Positions 27,054-37,152 of a stretch of 59,473 nt of DNA are shown piece by piece. How positions within the stretch are numbered: position 1 is the first letter of the stretch; the number at the start of each line of letters is the position of its first letter. A program made the translations under genes and the position numbers. The stretch covers positions 1-59,473 of the forward strand of contig CALVNQ010000004.1 in NCBI GenBank assembly GCA_944349895.1, read 5' to 3'. The notes under the pieces were generated by a model. It saw nothing but the letters and a program-made list of their open reading frames with translations, was not told the DNA's origin and did no database searches. This DNA comes from an uncultured Clostridia bacterium. Lineage in GTDB: Bacteria > Bacillota > Clostridia > Christensenellales > UBA1242.

Positions 27054-29425
27054 GCTCTTTTCTTTAACCCCTCAACAAACCTATTAATATCACTTGCATT
27101 TTCGAATCTAAGATAATGATCTCCATCAGGGACAAGCAATGTAGGGGCCTTTTTAACATTATATTTTAGTGTTAATTCTTTCTGTTCTTCTGCGTCAATA
27201 ACTGTATATTTAACTCCTGCACCATCTAATATTCTTTTAGCCATTTTGCAGTTTGGACAAGTTTTCGTAGCAAACAAAAGCAAATCAGACCCAAGGGGTT
27301 CCAAAGTGGCATCGCTAACTTTTTCTTCACATGCGCAACAAGATTTTTTCTTTATCACAGAGTGAGAGATATCATAAGTTACTCGGTCTTTAAATTCCTG
27401 AGCTTTACCATCATTCCAATTTTGAACAGGCCTATAATATCCAGTAATTCTACTATAAACTTCGGTTTTTTCTCCACAATCTGGGCAGGTATAAACTTCA
27501 CCTGTTATATAACCATGATTTCTACAAACCGAATAGGTCGGCGAAATAGTATAATAAGGAAGTCTATAGTTTTCTGCAATTTTTCTTACTAAATCTGCAG
27601 TTGTTTTCCAGTTATCAAGTTTTTGCCCTAAGAAAGCATGGAAAACAGTTCCTGAAGTATAAAGAGTTTGTAAATCATCTTGAATATCTAATGCCTCAAA
27701 TATATCAGCAGTGTAGCCAACAGGAAGGTGTGAGCTGTTGGTATAATAAGGAGTTTTACCTTCATTAGCTGTAATGATATCTGGATAGCGTTCTTTATCA
27801 TGTTTTGCAAGCCTATAAGAAGTGCTTTCGGCAGGAGTAGCTTCCAAATTATAAAGATCTCCATATTTTTCTTGATAATCAGAAAGTTTTTCTCGCATAT
27901 GATTCAAAACTTTCTTGGTAAATCTTTGAGCTTCGGTTTTAGTCATATCAGCTCTAACCCATTTTGCGTTTAAACAAGCTTCATTCATACCAACTAACCC
28001 TATAGTTGAGAAGTGATTAGCAAAAGTACCTAAATACCTTTTTGTGTAAGGATATAGTCCAGCTTCGAGAAGTCTTGTAATAGTTTCCCTCTTCATCTTT
28101 AATGATCTTGCTGACAAATCCATTATTTTGTCTAATTTATCAAAAAATTCTTCTTCTGTTTCTGAAAGGTAAGCAATTTTAGGCATGTTAATTGTAACAA
28201 CACCAACCGATCCAGTACTTTCTCCACTTCCAAAATATCCACCTGATTTTTTTCTTAATTCTCTCAAATCAAGTCTTAATCTACAACACATACTTCTGAC
28301 ATCGCTTGGCTCCATATCACTGTTAATATAGTTAGAGAAATAAGGAGTACCGTATTTAGTGGTCATTTCAAAAAGAAGCTTGTTGTTTTCGGTTTCAGAC
28401 CAGTCAAAATTTTTAGTTATCGAATAAGTAGGAATAGGATACTGGAATCCTCTGCCATTTGCATCACCTTCAATCATGATTTCAATGAATGCTTTATTAA
28501 CCATGTCCATTTCTTTTTTACAGTCTTTATATTTAAAGTTTTGTTCTTTACCTCCAACAATTGCAGGCAATTCGGCTAAATCTGCTGGAACAACCCAATC
28601 CAAAGTTATATTTGTAAAAGGCGCCTGAGTCCCCCATCTTGATGGAGTGTTAACACCGTAGACAAAAGACTGAATACACTGTTTTACTTCTTTATAAGTC
28701 AAATTATCAATTTTAACAAAAGGAGCAAGATAAGTATCGAAAGAGGAGAAAGCTTGTGCTCCTGCCCACTCATTTTGCATAATACCTAAAAAGTTAACCA
28801 TTTGGTTGCAAAGAGTAGAAAGATGGGCTGCCGGAGAAGAAGTTATTTTACCTGGCACACCACCTAAGCCTTCTTTAATGAGTTGTTTCAAAGACCAGCC
28901 TGCACAATATCCAGTTAACATGGAAAGATCATGTATATGGATATCACAATTTTTATGAGCGTCTGCAATATCCTTATCATAAACTTCGCTTAACCAATAG
29001 TTTGCAGTCATAGCTCCAGAGTTTGATAAAATAAGCCCTCCCACTGAATAAGTAACAGTTGAATTTTCTTTAACTCTCCAATCTGACAACTTCAAATACT
29101 TATCAATGGTGTTTTTATAATCCATAAGGGTTTCAGAAATGTTTCTCATTTTTTCATGATTCTTTCTGTATAAAATATAACATTTCGCTACGTTTTCAAA
29201 ACCGTTTTTCATCAAAACTTTTTCAACAGTGTCCTGAATATCTTCTACACTAGGAAGCTTGTTTTCAAAATTAGAAATAAGTTCAAGCTCTGTAATTTTG
29301 GCAAGTTTTTTAGCATCTCTAACATCGCCTTCTCCTAAAGATAACATTGCCTTTACAATAGCGTTTTCGATTTTAGACACATCATAATCTACTATCCTTC
29401 CATCTCTTTTAATAATCTTATCCAT
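27050..29425 (-). CDS. nrdD: Class III (anaerobic) ribonucleotide reductase with N-terminal ATP-cone and C-terminal glutaredoxin-like domain
   Basis: IIKRDG ATP-cone, HIHDL, SMCCRL finger loop, EATPAES, CPDCG, YSRITGYYRP glycyl-radical loop, terminal FATKTCPNCKMAK...KAPTLLV domain. Confidence 0.96.
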   Translation of the reverse strand: MDKIIKRDGRIVDYDVSKIENAIVKAMLSLGEGDVRDAKKLAKITELELISNFENKLPSVEDIQDTVEKVLMKNGFENVAKCYILYRKNHEKMRNISETLMDYKNTIDKYLKLSDWRVKENSTVTYSVGGLILSNSGAMTANYWLSEVYDKDIADAHKNCDIHIHDLSMLTGYCAGWSLKQLIKEGLGGVPGKITSSPAAHLSTLCNQMVNFLGIMQNEWAGAQAFSSFDTYLAPFVKIDNLTYKEVKQCIQSFVYGVNTPSRWGTQAPFTNITLDWVVPADLAELPAIVGGKEQNFKYKDCKKEMDMVNKAFIEIMIEGDANGRGFQYPIPTYSITKNFDWSETENNKLLFEMTTKYGTPYFSNYINSDMEPSDVRSMCCRLRLDLRELRKKSGGYFGSGESTGSVGVVTINMPKIAYLSETEEEFFDKLDKIMDLSARSLKMKRETITRLLEAGLYPYTKRYLGTFANHFSTIGLVGMNEACLNAKWVRADMTKTEAQRFTKKVLNHMREKLSDYQEKYGDLYNLEATPAESTSYRLAKHDKERYPDIITANEGKTPYYTNSSHLPVGYTADIFEALDIQDDLQTLYTSGTVFHAFLGQKLDNWKTTADLVRKIAENYRLPYYTISPTYSVCRNHGYITGEVYTCPDCGEKTEVYSRITGYYRPVQNWNDGKAQEFKDRVTYDISHSVIKKKSCCACEEKVSDATLEPLGSDLLLFATKTCPNCKMAKRILDGAGVKYTVIDAEEQKELTLKYNVKKAPTLLVPDGDHYLRFENASDINRFVEGLKKRA

Positions 29426-29477
29426 AACAGTAACTCCTTTTTTTGATTTTTTTCGACGTTATGAGAATGTTACCATA

Positions 29478-29525
29478 ATACTATATGTTGTGTCAAGCAT
29501 TTTTAACAATTTACATATATTGTGT
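29478..29525 (-). promoter_or_regulatory. Tandem NrdR boxes overlapping the nrdD promoter
   Basis: ACACAACATATAGTAT (29478-29493) and ACACAATATATGTAAA (29510-29525), offset by 32 bp, match acaCwAtATaTwGtgt. TTGACA-18-TAACAT overlaps the first box. Confidence 0.85.
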
Positions 29526-29682
29526 TTAGTCATTTTTTAACTATTTTTTATAGAGCTTGTTTTTAAAGTATAACAGTTCTATTTTAATAATAATCATAAA
29601 CTTAATTTTTAAAAAAAAATATAAAAAAGTATTGACAATTAAGCAATAAGTCTTTATTATAATCAGGTATATAGGAGAAAAA

Positions 29683-30045
29683 ATGAAAATAGATGGTTAT
29701 TATATAGGAAATGTGTGTAACAAAAAGAACAATGAAATATTAAGAAAAAATGTTATTTTGGCTTCAATAAAAAATACCTCGTATTTTATCTCTCTTGAAA
29801 CAATTTTTAATCAAGATGTCTTAAACGAAATAAGGTCAACTCTTTGCGAAGGAAATGGTCAAAACAATTTATTACTAACAATGGGGAAAGAGGCAGGATG
29901 TGGAGATTATTATGTACGCAATATTTCCCAGATAGAAAATTTAAACAAATTATCAGAAGATAAAATTAACCAATTAAAATTCTTTGAAAAATTCTTAAAA
30001 CCCAATGAACGATCTACTGTTTTTAAACAAGAAAGGATGAGATAG
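29683..30045 (+). CDS. Orphan hypothetical protein (120 aa)
   Basis: TTGACA-17-TATTAT promoter, AGGAG RBS, terminator at about 30061-30090. Confidence 0.75.
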   Translation: MKIDGYYIGNVCNKKNNEILRKNVILASIKNTSYFISLETIFNQDVLNEIRSTLCEGNGQNNLLLTMGKEAGCGDYYVRNISQIENLNKLSEDKINQLKFFEKFLKPNERSTVFKQERMR

Positions 30046-30161
30046 TTAAAATTTGAATACAAAAAAAGTTAGAAAATGTCTAACTTTTTATTTTTATGTC
30101 TTATTTTTACATAGTAGAATAATAAACTTCCTTTTACTCATTTTAACCAATGGAGGTTTTT

Positions 30162-30944
30162 ATGAGGAAATTGTATTTAAGTTTTTTTTGTTTTTTGCTT
30201 GCAACCACATTTATGATAGGTTATAACGTGGTAAATTCAAAAAGCGTGAATTTACATGCTTACAGTCCTGAATTAGAAAACACTTCAGAAGAATTAATAT
30301 ATGAAGAGGACCAAGGACAAAATCAGAATTTAGAAAATACAGATACAAGTGACATTCAAAAAATAATTGTGTATGGTGGAGGAAAGATATCTGTAACTCC
30401 TGATGTAGCATATGTCATGGTAGGTGTAGAAAGCTTAAACTCTGAATTACAAACAGCTGTCAAAGAAAATGACGAAATTGTTTCTTCCTTAATTAATTAT
30501 TTAAAGGAACAAGGTATAGATGAAAAGGATATTAAAACGAAATACTATTCTATATACCAAAAGCATGATTATACTGCCAGCCAAAGATTTTTAGGATATC
30601 AGGTAAGCAGCACTTTAGAATTTAAGTGTAAAGATATTGATAACTTAGAATCTTATATTTCTGAATTAACAAATCTTGGGGCTAACAAATTAGAAGGAAT
30701 AACATTCAACTGTGAAAATATTTCACAATATTATCAAGAAGCTCTTAAACTTGCAATTGAAGATGCAAAAAACAAAGCTGGTTGTTTGACAGATAAAACA
30801 CTAAGTATATACAAAGTAACCGAAGAAAGCATGTACACTTGTTTGCCATACAGAATTACCAACGAACTTCTTTATTCCTCGCCATCCATACTAAAAGGCA
30901 CGATGGAAGTTGAGGCTAAAATTAAAGTTATTTTTAAATCTTAA
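30162..30944 (+). CDS. SIMPL (DUF541) domain exported protein
   Basis: Signal-like N-terminus, IVYGGGKISVTPDVAYV, IKTKYYSIY, GYQVSS, ALKLAIEDAKNKA. Start ATG 30162 behind GGAGG. Confidence 0.85.
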   Translation: MRKLYLSFFCFLLATTFMIGYNVVNSKSVNLHAYSPELENTSEELIYEEDQGQNQNLENTDTSDIQKIIVYGGGKISVTPDVAYVMVGVESLNSELQTAVKENDEIVSSLINYLKEQGIDEKDIKTKYYSIYQKHDYTASQRFLGYQVSSTLEFKCKDIDNLESYISELTNLGANKLEGITFNCENISQYYQEALKLAIEDAKNKAGCLTDKTLSIYKVTEESMYTCLPYRITNELLYSSPSILKGTMEVEAKIKVIFKS

Positions 30945-31035
30945 AAATTAGACAAAATAAAACTCTCATTATTCATATAATTGATTGCTAAATCATAATA
31001 TAAGACATATAATCTAAAAAAGAAAGGAGGGTAAA

Positions 31036-31260
31036 ATGGTCAACACTTTTGATTCACTTCCAAAATGGTTAAAAATTGTTTTAGCACTTCCATTTTTGGA
31101 TATCGTTTGGGTGGTGTACAGATTATTCAAAAGCATCGCAAAAAATAACACATTAGGCATAGTACTTGCGATTTTATTAATAATAATTGGAATACCATTT
31201 TTATGGCTTGTAGACATAATCACATTAGCTATGCAAGACAAAGTTTTGTGGATAGATTAA
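31036..31260 (+). CDS. Small hypothetical membrane protein (74 aa)
   Basis: AAGGAGG RBS, hydrophobic helices, ends in the bidirectional terminator at about 31259-31285. Confidence 0.8.
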   Translation: MVNTFDSLPKWLKIVLALPFLDIVWVVYRLFKSIAKNNTLGIVLAILLIIIGIPFLWLVDIITLAMQDKVLWID

Positions 31261-31283
31261 AAAAATCTCTTTAAGAGATTTTT

Positions 31284-31994
31284 TTATTTTATGTATCTTT
31301 CTAATAAGTCTTGACCTTCCTTTTGAATAACTTGAACTTGTTTTTCGATTTGCTCCTGTCCAAAGTGAATCTTCAGAGCATAAATATTCCCTTCTTTTTT
31401 ATTTTTTTTTATTAACTTGACTTGCAGATCAAACTTTTCGATAGAACAGTTAAAAATGTTGAATCCGTCTATTATTAAACATTCTCGTGAATGTGGAAAA
31501 ATATAATGATTCCCAAAACGAAAGAAAAATTGTGAACCAAAAATTTTTTGTTCTGCCTCTCTCAGCCTCGTTGATTCAAAGTCAGCCATAATTAATATGT
31601 TATGGAGATCACTGTCATGGTCAAGTTCATGTGAAAAAATATTTAAAGGGCGCAATTTTTTTAATTTTTTTAAAAATATATGCGCCTTATTTTTTTCTGC
31701 GTCTAAAATCTTTTTAAAACAATCATAATTATATTCTATAGATTTAATGGTTTCGATATTTTCGCTAACCATTGCCCAACTAATCTTTTTATTTATTAAA
31801 CTTGATTTATAACTGACAATGTCGAAATGAATGTTTTCTTTTAAAACTCTATTCATAACTTTATTTAGTTTTGAATTATACTGATCTATCAAAATATCAA
31901 AGACTATAGAAGTATTCTTTATTTTTTTATTTAAAATAAAATATAACAATAAAGCTAATAAGAACAAACTTCCTATTATAATATAAAAATACAT
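31284..31994 (-). CDS. Hypothetical protein with N-terminal membrane anchor
   Basis: GGAGA RBS; MYFYIIIGSLFLLALLLYFIL followed by a basic patch. Confidence 0.7.
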   Translation of the reverse strand: MYFYIIIGSLFLLALLLYFILNKKIKNTSIVFDILIDQYNSKLNKVMNRVLKENIHFDIVSYKSSLINKKISWAMVSENIETIKSIEYNYDCFKKILDAEKNKAHIFLKKLKKLRPLNIFSHELDHDSDLHNILIMADFESTRLREAEQKIFGSQFFFRFGNHYIFPHSRECLIIDGFNIFNCSIEKFDLQVKLIKKNKKEGNIYALKIHFGQEQIEKQVQVIQKEGQDLLERYIK

Positions 31995-32042
31995 AATTTC
32001 TCCAAAACTTAAAAAGCCTTTTCATTTAGAAAAGGTCTTTTA

Positions 32043-32585
32043 TTAAAATTCTTCGTTGAAAAGTTGGAAATAAGCTTTTGGATGCTCACATACAGGGCAT
32101 TCTTCAGGAGCTTGATCTCCCACATAAATATGTCCACAGTTTCTGCAAATCCAAACTTTTTTATCTGTCTTTTTAAACACTTTGTTTTCTTTAACCAGCT
32201 CAGCTAATTTAAGGTATCTTTCCTCATGCCTTTTTTCAATAGCAGCCACACCAGAAAACTTGTCTGCTAAATCATCAAATCCCTCTTCCTTAGCCTCTTG
32301 TGCCATTCTTTCATACATATCAGTCCACTCACCGTGCTCCCCAGCAGCTGCATCTAAAAGGTTTTCTATCGTCTCTGGCACACTTCCTTCATGCAAAGCT
32401 TTGAACCATAATTTTGCATGTTCTTTCTCATTGTTCGCTGTTTCTTCGAAAATACTAGCTATTTGTTCGAAACCATCTTTTTTAGCTTTGGAAGCATAAT
32501 AAGAGTATTTATTGCGAGCTTGGCTTTCTCCCGCAAAAGCTTCCATAAGGTTTTTCTCTGTTTTTGTTCCTTTTATATTATTCAT
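32043..32585 (-). CDS. rbr: Rubrerythrin
   Basis: [24 protein letters not shown] diiron motifs, WICRNCGH...CPVC rubredoxin domain. Start ATG 32585 behind GGAGG. Confidence 0.95.
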   Translation of the reverse strand: MNNIKGTKTEKNLMEAFAGESQARNKYSYYASKAKKDGFEQIASIFEETANNEKEHAKLWFKALHEGSVPETIENLLDAAAGEHGEWTDMYERMAQEAKEEGFDDLADKFSGVAAIEKRHEERYLKLAELVKENKVFKKTDKKVWICRNCGHIYVGDQAPEECPVCEHPKAYFQLFNEEF

Positions 32586-32667
32586 AATTACCTCCGGAAA
32601 AGATTGTATCACAACTGAAAGAAAAATCAAAGCAATTTGATTTGATGTTTATGTGCAAAATTAAAAA

Positions 32668-32683
32668 TGTTTCATGTGAAACA
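32668..32683. promoter_or_regulatory. parS centromere site 1
   Basis: TGTTTCATGTGAAACA, one mismatch from the palindromic consensus, just downstream of parB. Confidence 0.9.
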
Positions 32684-32705
32684 TTTTTAAAAAAAGTTAT
32701 AAGAT

Positions 32706-32721
32706 TGTTTCACGTGAAACA
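32706..32721. promoter_or_regulatory. parS centromere site 2
   Basis: Perfect TGTTTCACGTGAAACA. Confidence 0.95.
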
Positions 32722-32784
32722 TTAATATTAAACAAGCAATAAAAAAGGAAGCGATACGGTGTTGTATCCCTTCCTTTGTTTAAT

Positions 32785-33729
32785 TTATTGATTTTGATGT
32801 CTCTTGTTATAATTTCTTAAATCTCCTAATGTTAGCTCCTTTTTCTTTAACAACTCCATTAAATCTGCTAACCTATCTAAATCATCTCTTGAATAATAAT
32901 CAATGTATATTCTTCCTTTACTATCATTTCCTATGGCAGAAACTTTTGTGGCGAATATTTTTTGCATATCGGTTATTAATTCTTTTAACTCTAACGATTG
33001 TTCAGATTTAGGCCTTGTTTTTGATTCTGGATGTAAATATCTTCTAACGGCTTTCTCCAAATCTCTTACATTCCATCTATCCTTAACTGCTTGATTGGCA
33101 AGCTTAATTTGAGTCATTTGATTATCAACAACAACTAATGCTCTGGCATGTCCTGCTGACAATTCCCCTTTTTCGATTAAATTAATAACTTCTGGATATA
33201 ATGTCAACAATCTTAGAGTATTTGCAATATTCGATCTGCTCTTACCAATTCTTTCAGAGACTGCTTCTTGAGTCAGCTTATATTCTTCCATAAGCTGTTT
33301 AATCGCTCTCGCAGCTTCGATTGGATTTAAATCCTCTCTTTGAAGATTCTCAATTATGGAAATTTCTTTTATTTGTTTATCTGTATAGTTTTTAATTATC
33401 GCTGGAACTTCCTTCAAACCTGCAATTATAGAAGCTCTATATCTTCTCTCTCCAGCGATAATCATATACGTCCCGTCTCCGTTATCGTTTATAACTATTG
33501 GTTGAATGACTCCGTGGATCTTAATTGAGGCAGCCAAATCATTTAAAGCATCTTGATCAAAATTTTTTCTAGGTTGATTTGGATTGGTCTTAATTAAATC
33601 AATAGAAATTGAATCGACTTCTTTTTTAGCTTTGCTGTTGCCTATTGAGATTTCTTTGTTTTCATTTTCCTGTTCATCATACATGGCAAACAAACTTTCT
33701 ATGCCTCTGCCTAATCCTTTTTTTATCAT
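32785..33729 (-). CDS. parB: Chromosome partitioning protein ParB/Spo0J
   Basis: GLGRGI, NPNQPRKNF, IAGERRYRA, IENLQREDLNPIE, SAGHARAL. Confidence 0.96.
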   Translation of the reverse strand: MIKKGLGRGIESLFAMYDEQENENKEISIGNSKAKKEVDSISIDLIKTNPNQPRKNFDQDALNDLAASIKIHGVIQPIVINDNGDGTYMIIAGERRYRASIIAGLKEVPAIIKNYTDKQIKEISIIENLQREDLNPIEAARAIKQLMEEYKLTQEAVSERIGKSRSNIANTLRLLTLYPEVINLIEKGELSAGHARALVVVDNQMTQIKLANQAVKDRWNVRDLEKAVRRYLHPESKTRPKSEQSLELKELITDMQKIFATKVSAIGNDSKGRIYIDYYSRDDLDRLADLMELLKKKELTLGDLRNYNKRHQNQ

Positions 33730-34547
33730 TGTTTCACCTCTCTTAACTTTATTTTGGTATGTTTGGTTATGTTTTTATACTTAATTTTGTTTCTGTTTAA
33801 AAATTCTTCAGCAAGAGATAAATAAGCCTCAGCGCCTTTTGAAGAAGGATCATATAAAACTATTGGCAAGCCATGGCTAGGGGCTTCAGCAAGCCTTATA
33901 TTTCTAGGTATATAAGTTTCGAAAACTTTGCTTTTAAAAACTTTAATGATTTCTTGACTAACTTGATTAATTAAATTTGACCTATTGTCTTTCATAGTTC
34001 TAACAACACCTTCTACATCTAAATTCGGATTCAAATGTAATTTAACAAGTCTAATCGTGTTCATAAGTTGAGTCAATCCATCTAAAGGATAGAATTCACA
34101 TTGCATAGGTATTAAAACGCTGTCAGACGACGTCAAAGCATTAACAGTGAGCAGACCTAAAGATGGTTGACAATCTATCATTATAAAGTCGTATGAATTT
34201 TTAATATTTTCTAAAATGTTTTTTAATATTTTTTCTCTGTTACTCATAGAAACAAGTGATATTTCTGCAGCTGCCAAATCAACGGTAGATGGTATAATGT
34301 CTAAACCATCAATTCTAGTCTCTACAATTACCTCGTCGATAGGACTTTCTCCATCAATTAAATCATAAATGGTTTTTAAATTTTTTCTTTTTTCAACTCC
34401 AACACCACTTGTTGCGTTTCCTTGAGGATCTAAATCTATAATTAAAACCTTTTGTCCCATAACAGCAAGATAAGCTGAAAGATTAACACAAGTAGTAGTT
34501 TTTCCAACTCCACCTTTTTGATTAGCAAATGAAATTATTTTTCCCAT
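33726..34547 (-). CDS. parA: Chromosome partitioning ATPase ParA/Soj
   Basis: NQKGGVGKTTT, DLDPQGNAT, IPRNIRLAEAPSHG. Start ATG 34547 behind GAGGT. Confidence 0.96.
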   Translation of the reverse strand: MGKIISFANQKGGVGKTTTCVNLSAYLAVMGQKVLIIDLDPQGNATSGVGVEKRKNLKTIYDLIDGESPIDEVIVETRIDGLDIIPSTVDLAAAEISLVSMSNREKILKNILENIKNSYDFIMIDCQPSLGLLTVNALTSSDSVLIPMQCEFYPLDGLTQLMNTIRLVKLHLNPNLDVEGVVRTMKDNRSNLINQVSQEIIKVFKSKVFETYIPRNIRLAEAPSHGLPIVLYDPSSKGAEAYLSLAEEFLNRNKIKYKNITKHTKIKLREVKQ

Positions 34548-34601
34548 AATTACCTCTTTCGTCAATTATTATAACATACATTTATTTTTATGAAAAGCAT
34601 A

Positions 34602-35288
34602 TCATAACGGTTTTTTTCTTGGCAAATTGCCTTTTCTTGGATAATTTCCAGGCGTTTTTCTAATTTTTCTTAAAATTATTAAGGCTCTGGAATTGTTTTC
34701 ATAATTATATCTTTGTATTTCTGATATTTGAGCGCCTAAAACACTTATAGCTTCTTGAGCTGATTCCAATTCTTCAAATATATCTGCGCCTTTATATATA
34801 ACAGCATTTCCACCTATTTTTAAAAAAGGAATTAAATACTCTGCCAAAGTGGATAAGTTGGCAACTGCTCGAGCTGTTACAACATCGTATTCTTCTTTTT
34901 TATTATAATCCTCGATTCTACAATGCACGGCTTCTACGTTTTTTAAATTCAAAATTTTTATTAATTCTGATAAAAAATTTATTCTTTTATTTAAACTATC
35001 TAATAACGTGATTTTTAGGTTAGGGTTTAAAACCGCTATTACAATACCAGGGAAACCAGCGCCTGATCCAACATCTAAAACTTTACCTTTGAAATTTTTA
35101 ATTGCTAAAGCAGAATCTAAAAAATGTTTGTAAACAACATCCTTAAAATCTGTTATTGCAGTTAAATTGAACTTGTTGTTCTCTTCTACCAAATATTTAT
35201 AATAAGTAAACAGTTGGCTTGCCGATTTGTCTGTGATATCCATTCCGTTTTCATGAAAAACTTTCTTAATAAGCTCTTCTTCGCTCAT
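34602..35288 (-). CDS. rsmG: 16S rRNA m7G527 methyltransferase (GidB)
   Basis: NLTAI, KHFLDS, DVGSGAGFPG, VTARAVA. Confidence 0.96.
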   Translation of the reverse strand: MSEEELIKKVFHENGMDITDKSASQLFTYYKYLVEENNKFNLTAITDFKDVVYKHFLDSALAIKNFKGKVLDVGSGAGFPGIVIAVLNPNLKITLLDSLNKRINFLSELIKILNLKNVEAVHCRIEDYNKKEEYDVVTARAVANLSTLAEYLIPFLKIGGNAVIYKGADIFEELESAQEAISVLGAQISEIQRYNYENNSRALIILRKIRKTPGNYPRKGNLPRKKPL

Positions 35289-37151
35289 TTACTTTTTCTC
35301 CTTAAATTTTTTAATAAGAACACTTAATACAGCTATGTCAGCAGGGGAAACTCCAGAAATTCTTGAAGCTTGTCCTAAATTAATAGGCTTAATTTTTGAT
35401 AGTTTTTGAATTGTTTCAATTTTTAGTCCTTTCTGGTTCTCATATGTAAAATTCTCTGGGATTTTTACATCTTCCATTTTTTTCATTTTTTGTATATCTT
35501 CTTCTTGTTGATTTAGATATCCATCGTATTTTGTAATTATGTTTAACTCATTTATAATTTCTTCATCAAAATCATTAAAAATTTGGTATTCCTGATTAAT
35601 TTTAAACGCATCTATATTTGGTCTTTTGACGGCCTCTCTGACAGTAATTGAATTTTTAGGTGGATTTTCATTATTGTTTTCAAAGAATAAAATCAACTTT
35701 TCATCAAGTTTTAATTTTTGGTTTAATAATTGAATAGCTTTATTTAAATTTTCTTTTTTTTCTAAAAATTTCTTGTATCTGATGTCATCTACTAAACCAA
35801 CTTCTCTTCCTTTTTCGGTTAGCCTCAAATCAGCATTGTCCTGTCTTAAAGAAAGCCTATATTCAGCTCTGCTAGTCATCATTCTATAAGGTTCTTCTGT
35901 TCCTTTAGTTACAATATCATCAATCAAAACTCCTATATATGCATCACTTCTTGATAAAATTAAAGGATTCTTATTTTCCAATTTTAATGCAGCATTTATT
36001 CCGGCCATCAGTCCTTGAGCAGCTGCTTCCTCGTAACCACTTGTTCCATTTATCTGTCCGGCAAAAAACAAACCTTCATGTATTTTACTTTCTAGTGAAG
36101 GTTTAAGTTGAATCGGATCTATACAGTCATATTCTATTGCATAAGCGTCTCTCATTATTTCAGCTTTTTCAAGTCCCTTAATGGAATGAATCATTTTATG
36201 TTGTATTTCTGCTGGCATAGAAGTAGAAAAACCTTGTATATATATTTCCGATGTTGAAAGCGCTTCAGGTTCTAAAAATAATTGATGCCTGTCTTTATCT
36301 GCGAACCTGACAATTTTGGTTTCTATTGAAGGGCAATATCTTGGCCCTATTCCTTTAATTTCTCCCGAAATTGCTGGAGCCTTGTCTAAATTCTCCAAAA
36401 TTATTTTATGTGTTTCTAAATTTGTATAAGTCAAATAACAAGAAGCGAGATCTTTCGGTTTTTCTTTTGTTAAAAAAGAAAAAGTTTGTATGTTTAAATC
36501 ACCATGTTGTTCTTCTAATTCAGAAAAATCGATGCTCCTACTATTTATTCTTGCTGGCGTTCCTGTTTTAAATCTTAAAAGTTTATAGCCTAAATTTGTT
36601 AGGGATGAAGAAAGCTTTTTTGCATTTTTAAAACCATTTGGACCTACATTTTCTGTATATTCACCAATTATAATTCTGCTATCCAAATAAACCCCTGTTG
36701 CAAAAACTACAACGTCACAGATAAACTCATCTCCAACAGCTGTCCTTATAATTTTTTTATTTTTTTCAATATGTATATCTATAACTTCAGCCTGTTTTAA
36801 GTATAAATTATCTGTATTTTCGATAACTTTTTTCATCTCTACATGATACTGAACTTTATCTGATTGTGCTCTTAAACTTTGAACTGCTGGGCCTCTACCT
36901 CGATTAAGCATTCTAATTTGTATCATAGTTTTGTCTGCTATGATTCCCATTTCGCCACCTAAAGCGTCTATTTCGCTTACCAGTTGACCTTTAGCAGTCC
37001 CTCCGATTGATGGATTACACGCTAAAAATGCAACGGCATCTAAACTTATAGTTAATAAAAGGGTTTTATGCCCTTTTTTTGCTAGCGCCAATCCCGCCTC
37101 GCAACCTGCATGGCCAGCTCCTATAACAATTGCTTCATAACTATCTTTCAT
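35289..37151 (-). CDS. mnmG: tRNA U34 modification FAD enzyme (GidA)
   Basis: VIGAGHAGCEA, CNPSIGG, GPRYCPSIE, AGQINGTSGYEEAAAQG, EPYRMMTSRAEYRL. Confidence 0.97.
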   Translation of the reverse strand: MKDSYEAIVIGAGHAGCEAGLALAKKGHKTLLLTISLDAVAFLACNPSIGGTAKGQLVSEIDALGGEMGIIADKTMIQIRMLNRGRGPAVQSLRAQSDKVQYHVEMKKVIENTDNLYLKQAEVIDIHIEKNKKIIRTAVGDEFICDVVVFATGVYLDSRIIIGEYTENVGPNGFKNAKKLSSSLTNLGYKLLRFKTGTPARINSRSIDFSELEEQHGDLNIQTFSFLTKEKPKDLASCYLTYTNLETHKIILENLDKAPAISGEIKGIGPRYCPSIETKIVRFADKDRHQLFLEPEALSTSEIYIQGFSTSMPAEIQHKMIHSIKGLEKAEIMRDAYAIEYDCIDPIQLKPSLESKIHEGLFFAGQINGTSGYEEAAAQGLMAGINAALKLENKNPLILSRSDAYIGVLIDDIVTKGTEEPYRMMTSRAEYRLSLRQDNADLRLTEKGREVGLVDDIRYKKFLEKKENLNKAIQLLNQKLKLDEKLILFFENNNENPPKNSITVREAVKRPNIDAFKINQEYQIFNDFDEEIINELNIITKYDGYLNQQEEDIQKMKKMEDVKIPENFTYENQKGLKIETIQKLSKIKPINLGQASRISGVSPADIAVLSVLIKKFKEKK

Positions 37152-37152
37152 A

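Noticed and set aside
30117-30145. Possible forespore sigma-G promoter (GAATA-17-CATTTTA) before the SIMPL gene
   Set aside because: The motif is too degenerate to call in AT-rich DNA without expression data.
32600-32660. TTGTATCACAA as a Rex or PerR operator for rubrerythrin, and a third parS-like TGTTTATGTGCAAAA
   Set aside because: Spacing and sequence do not fit the consensus sites.
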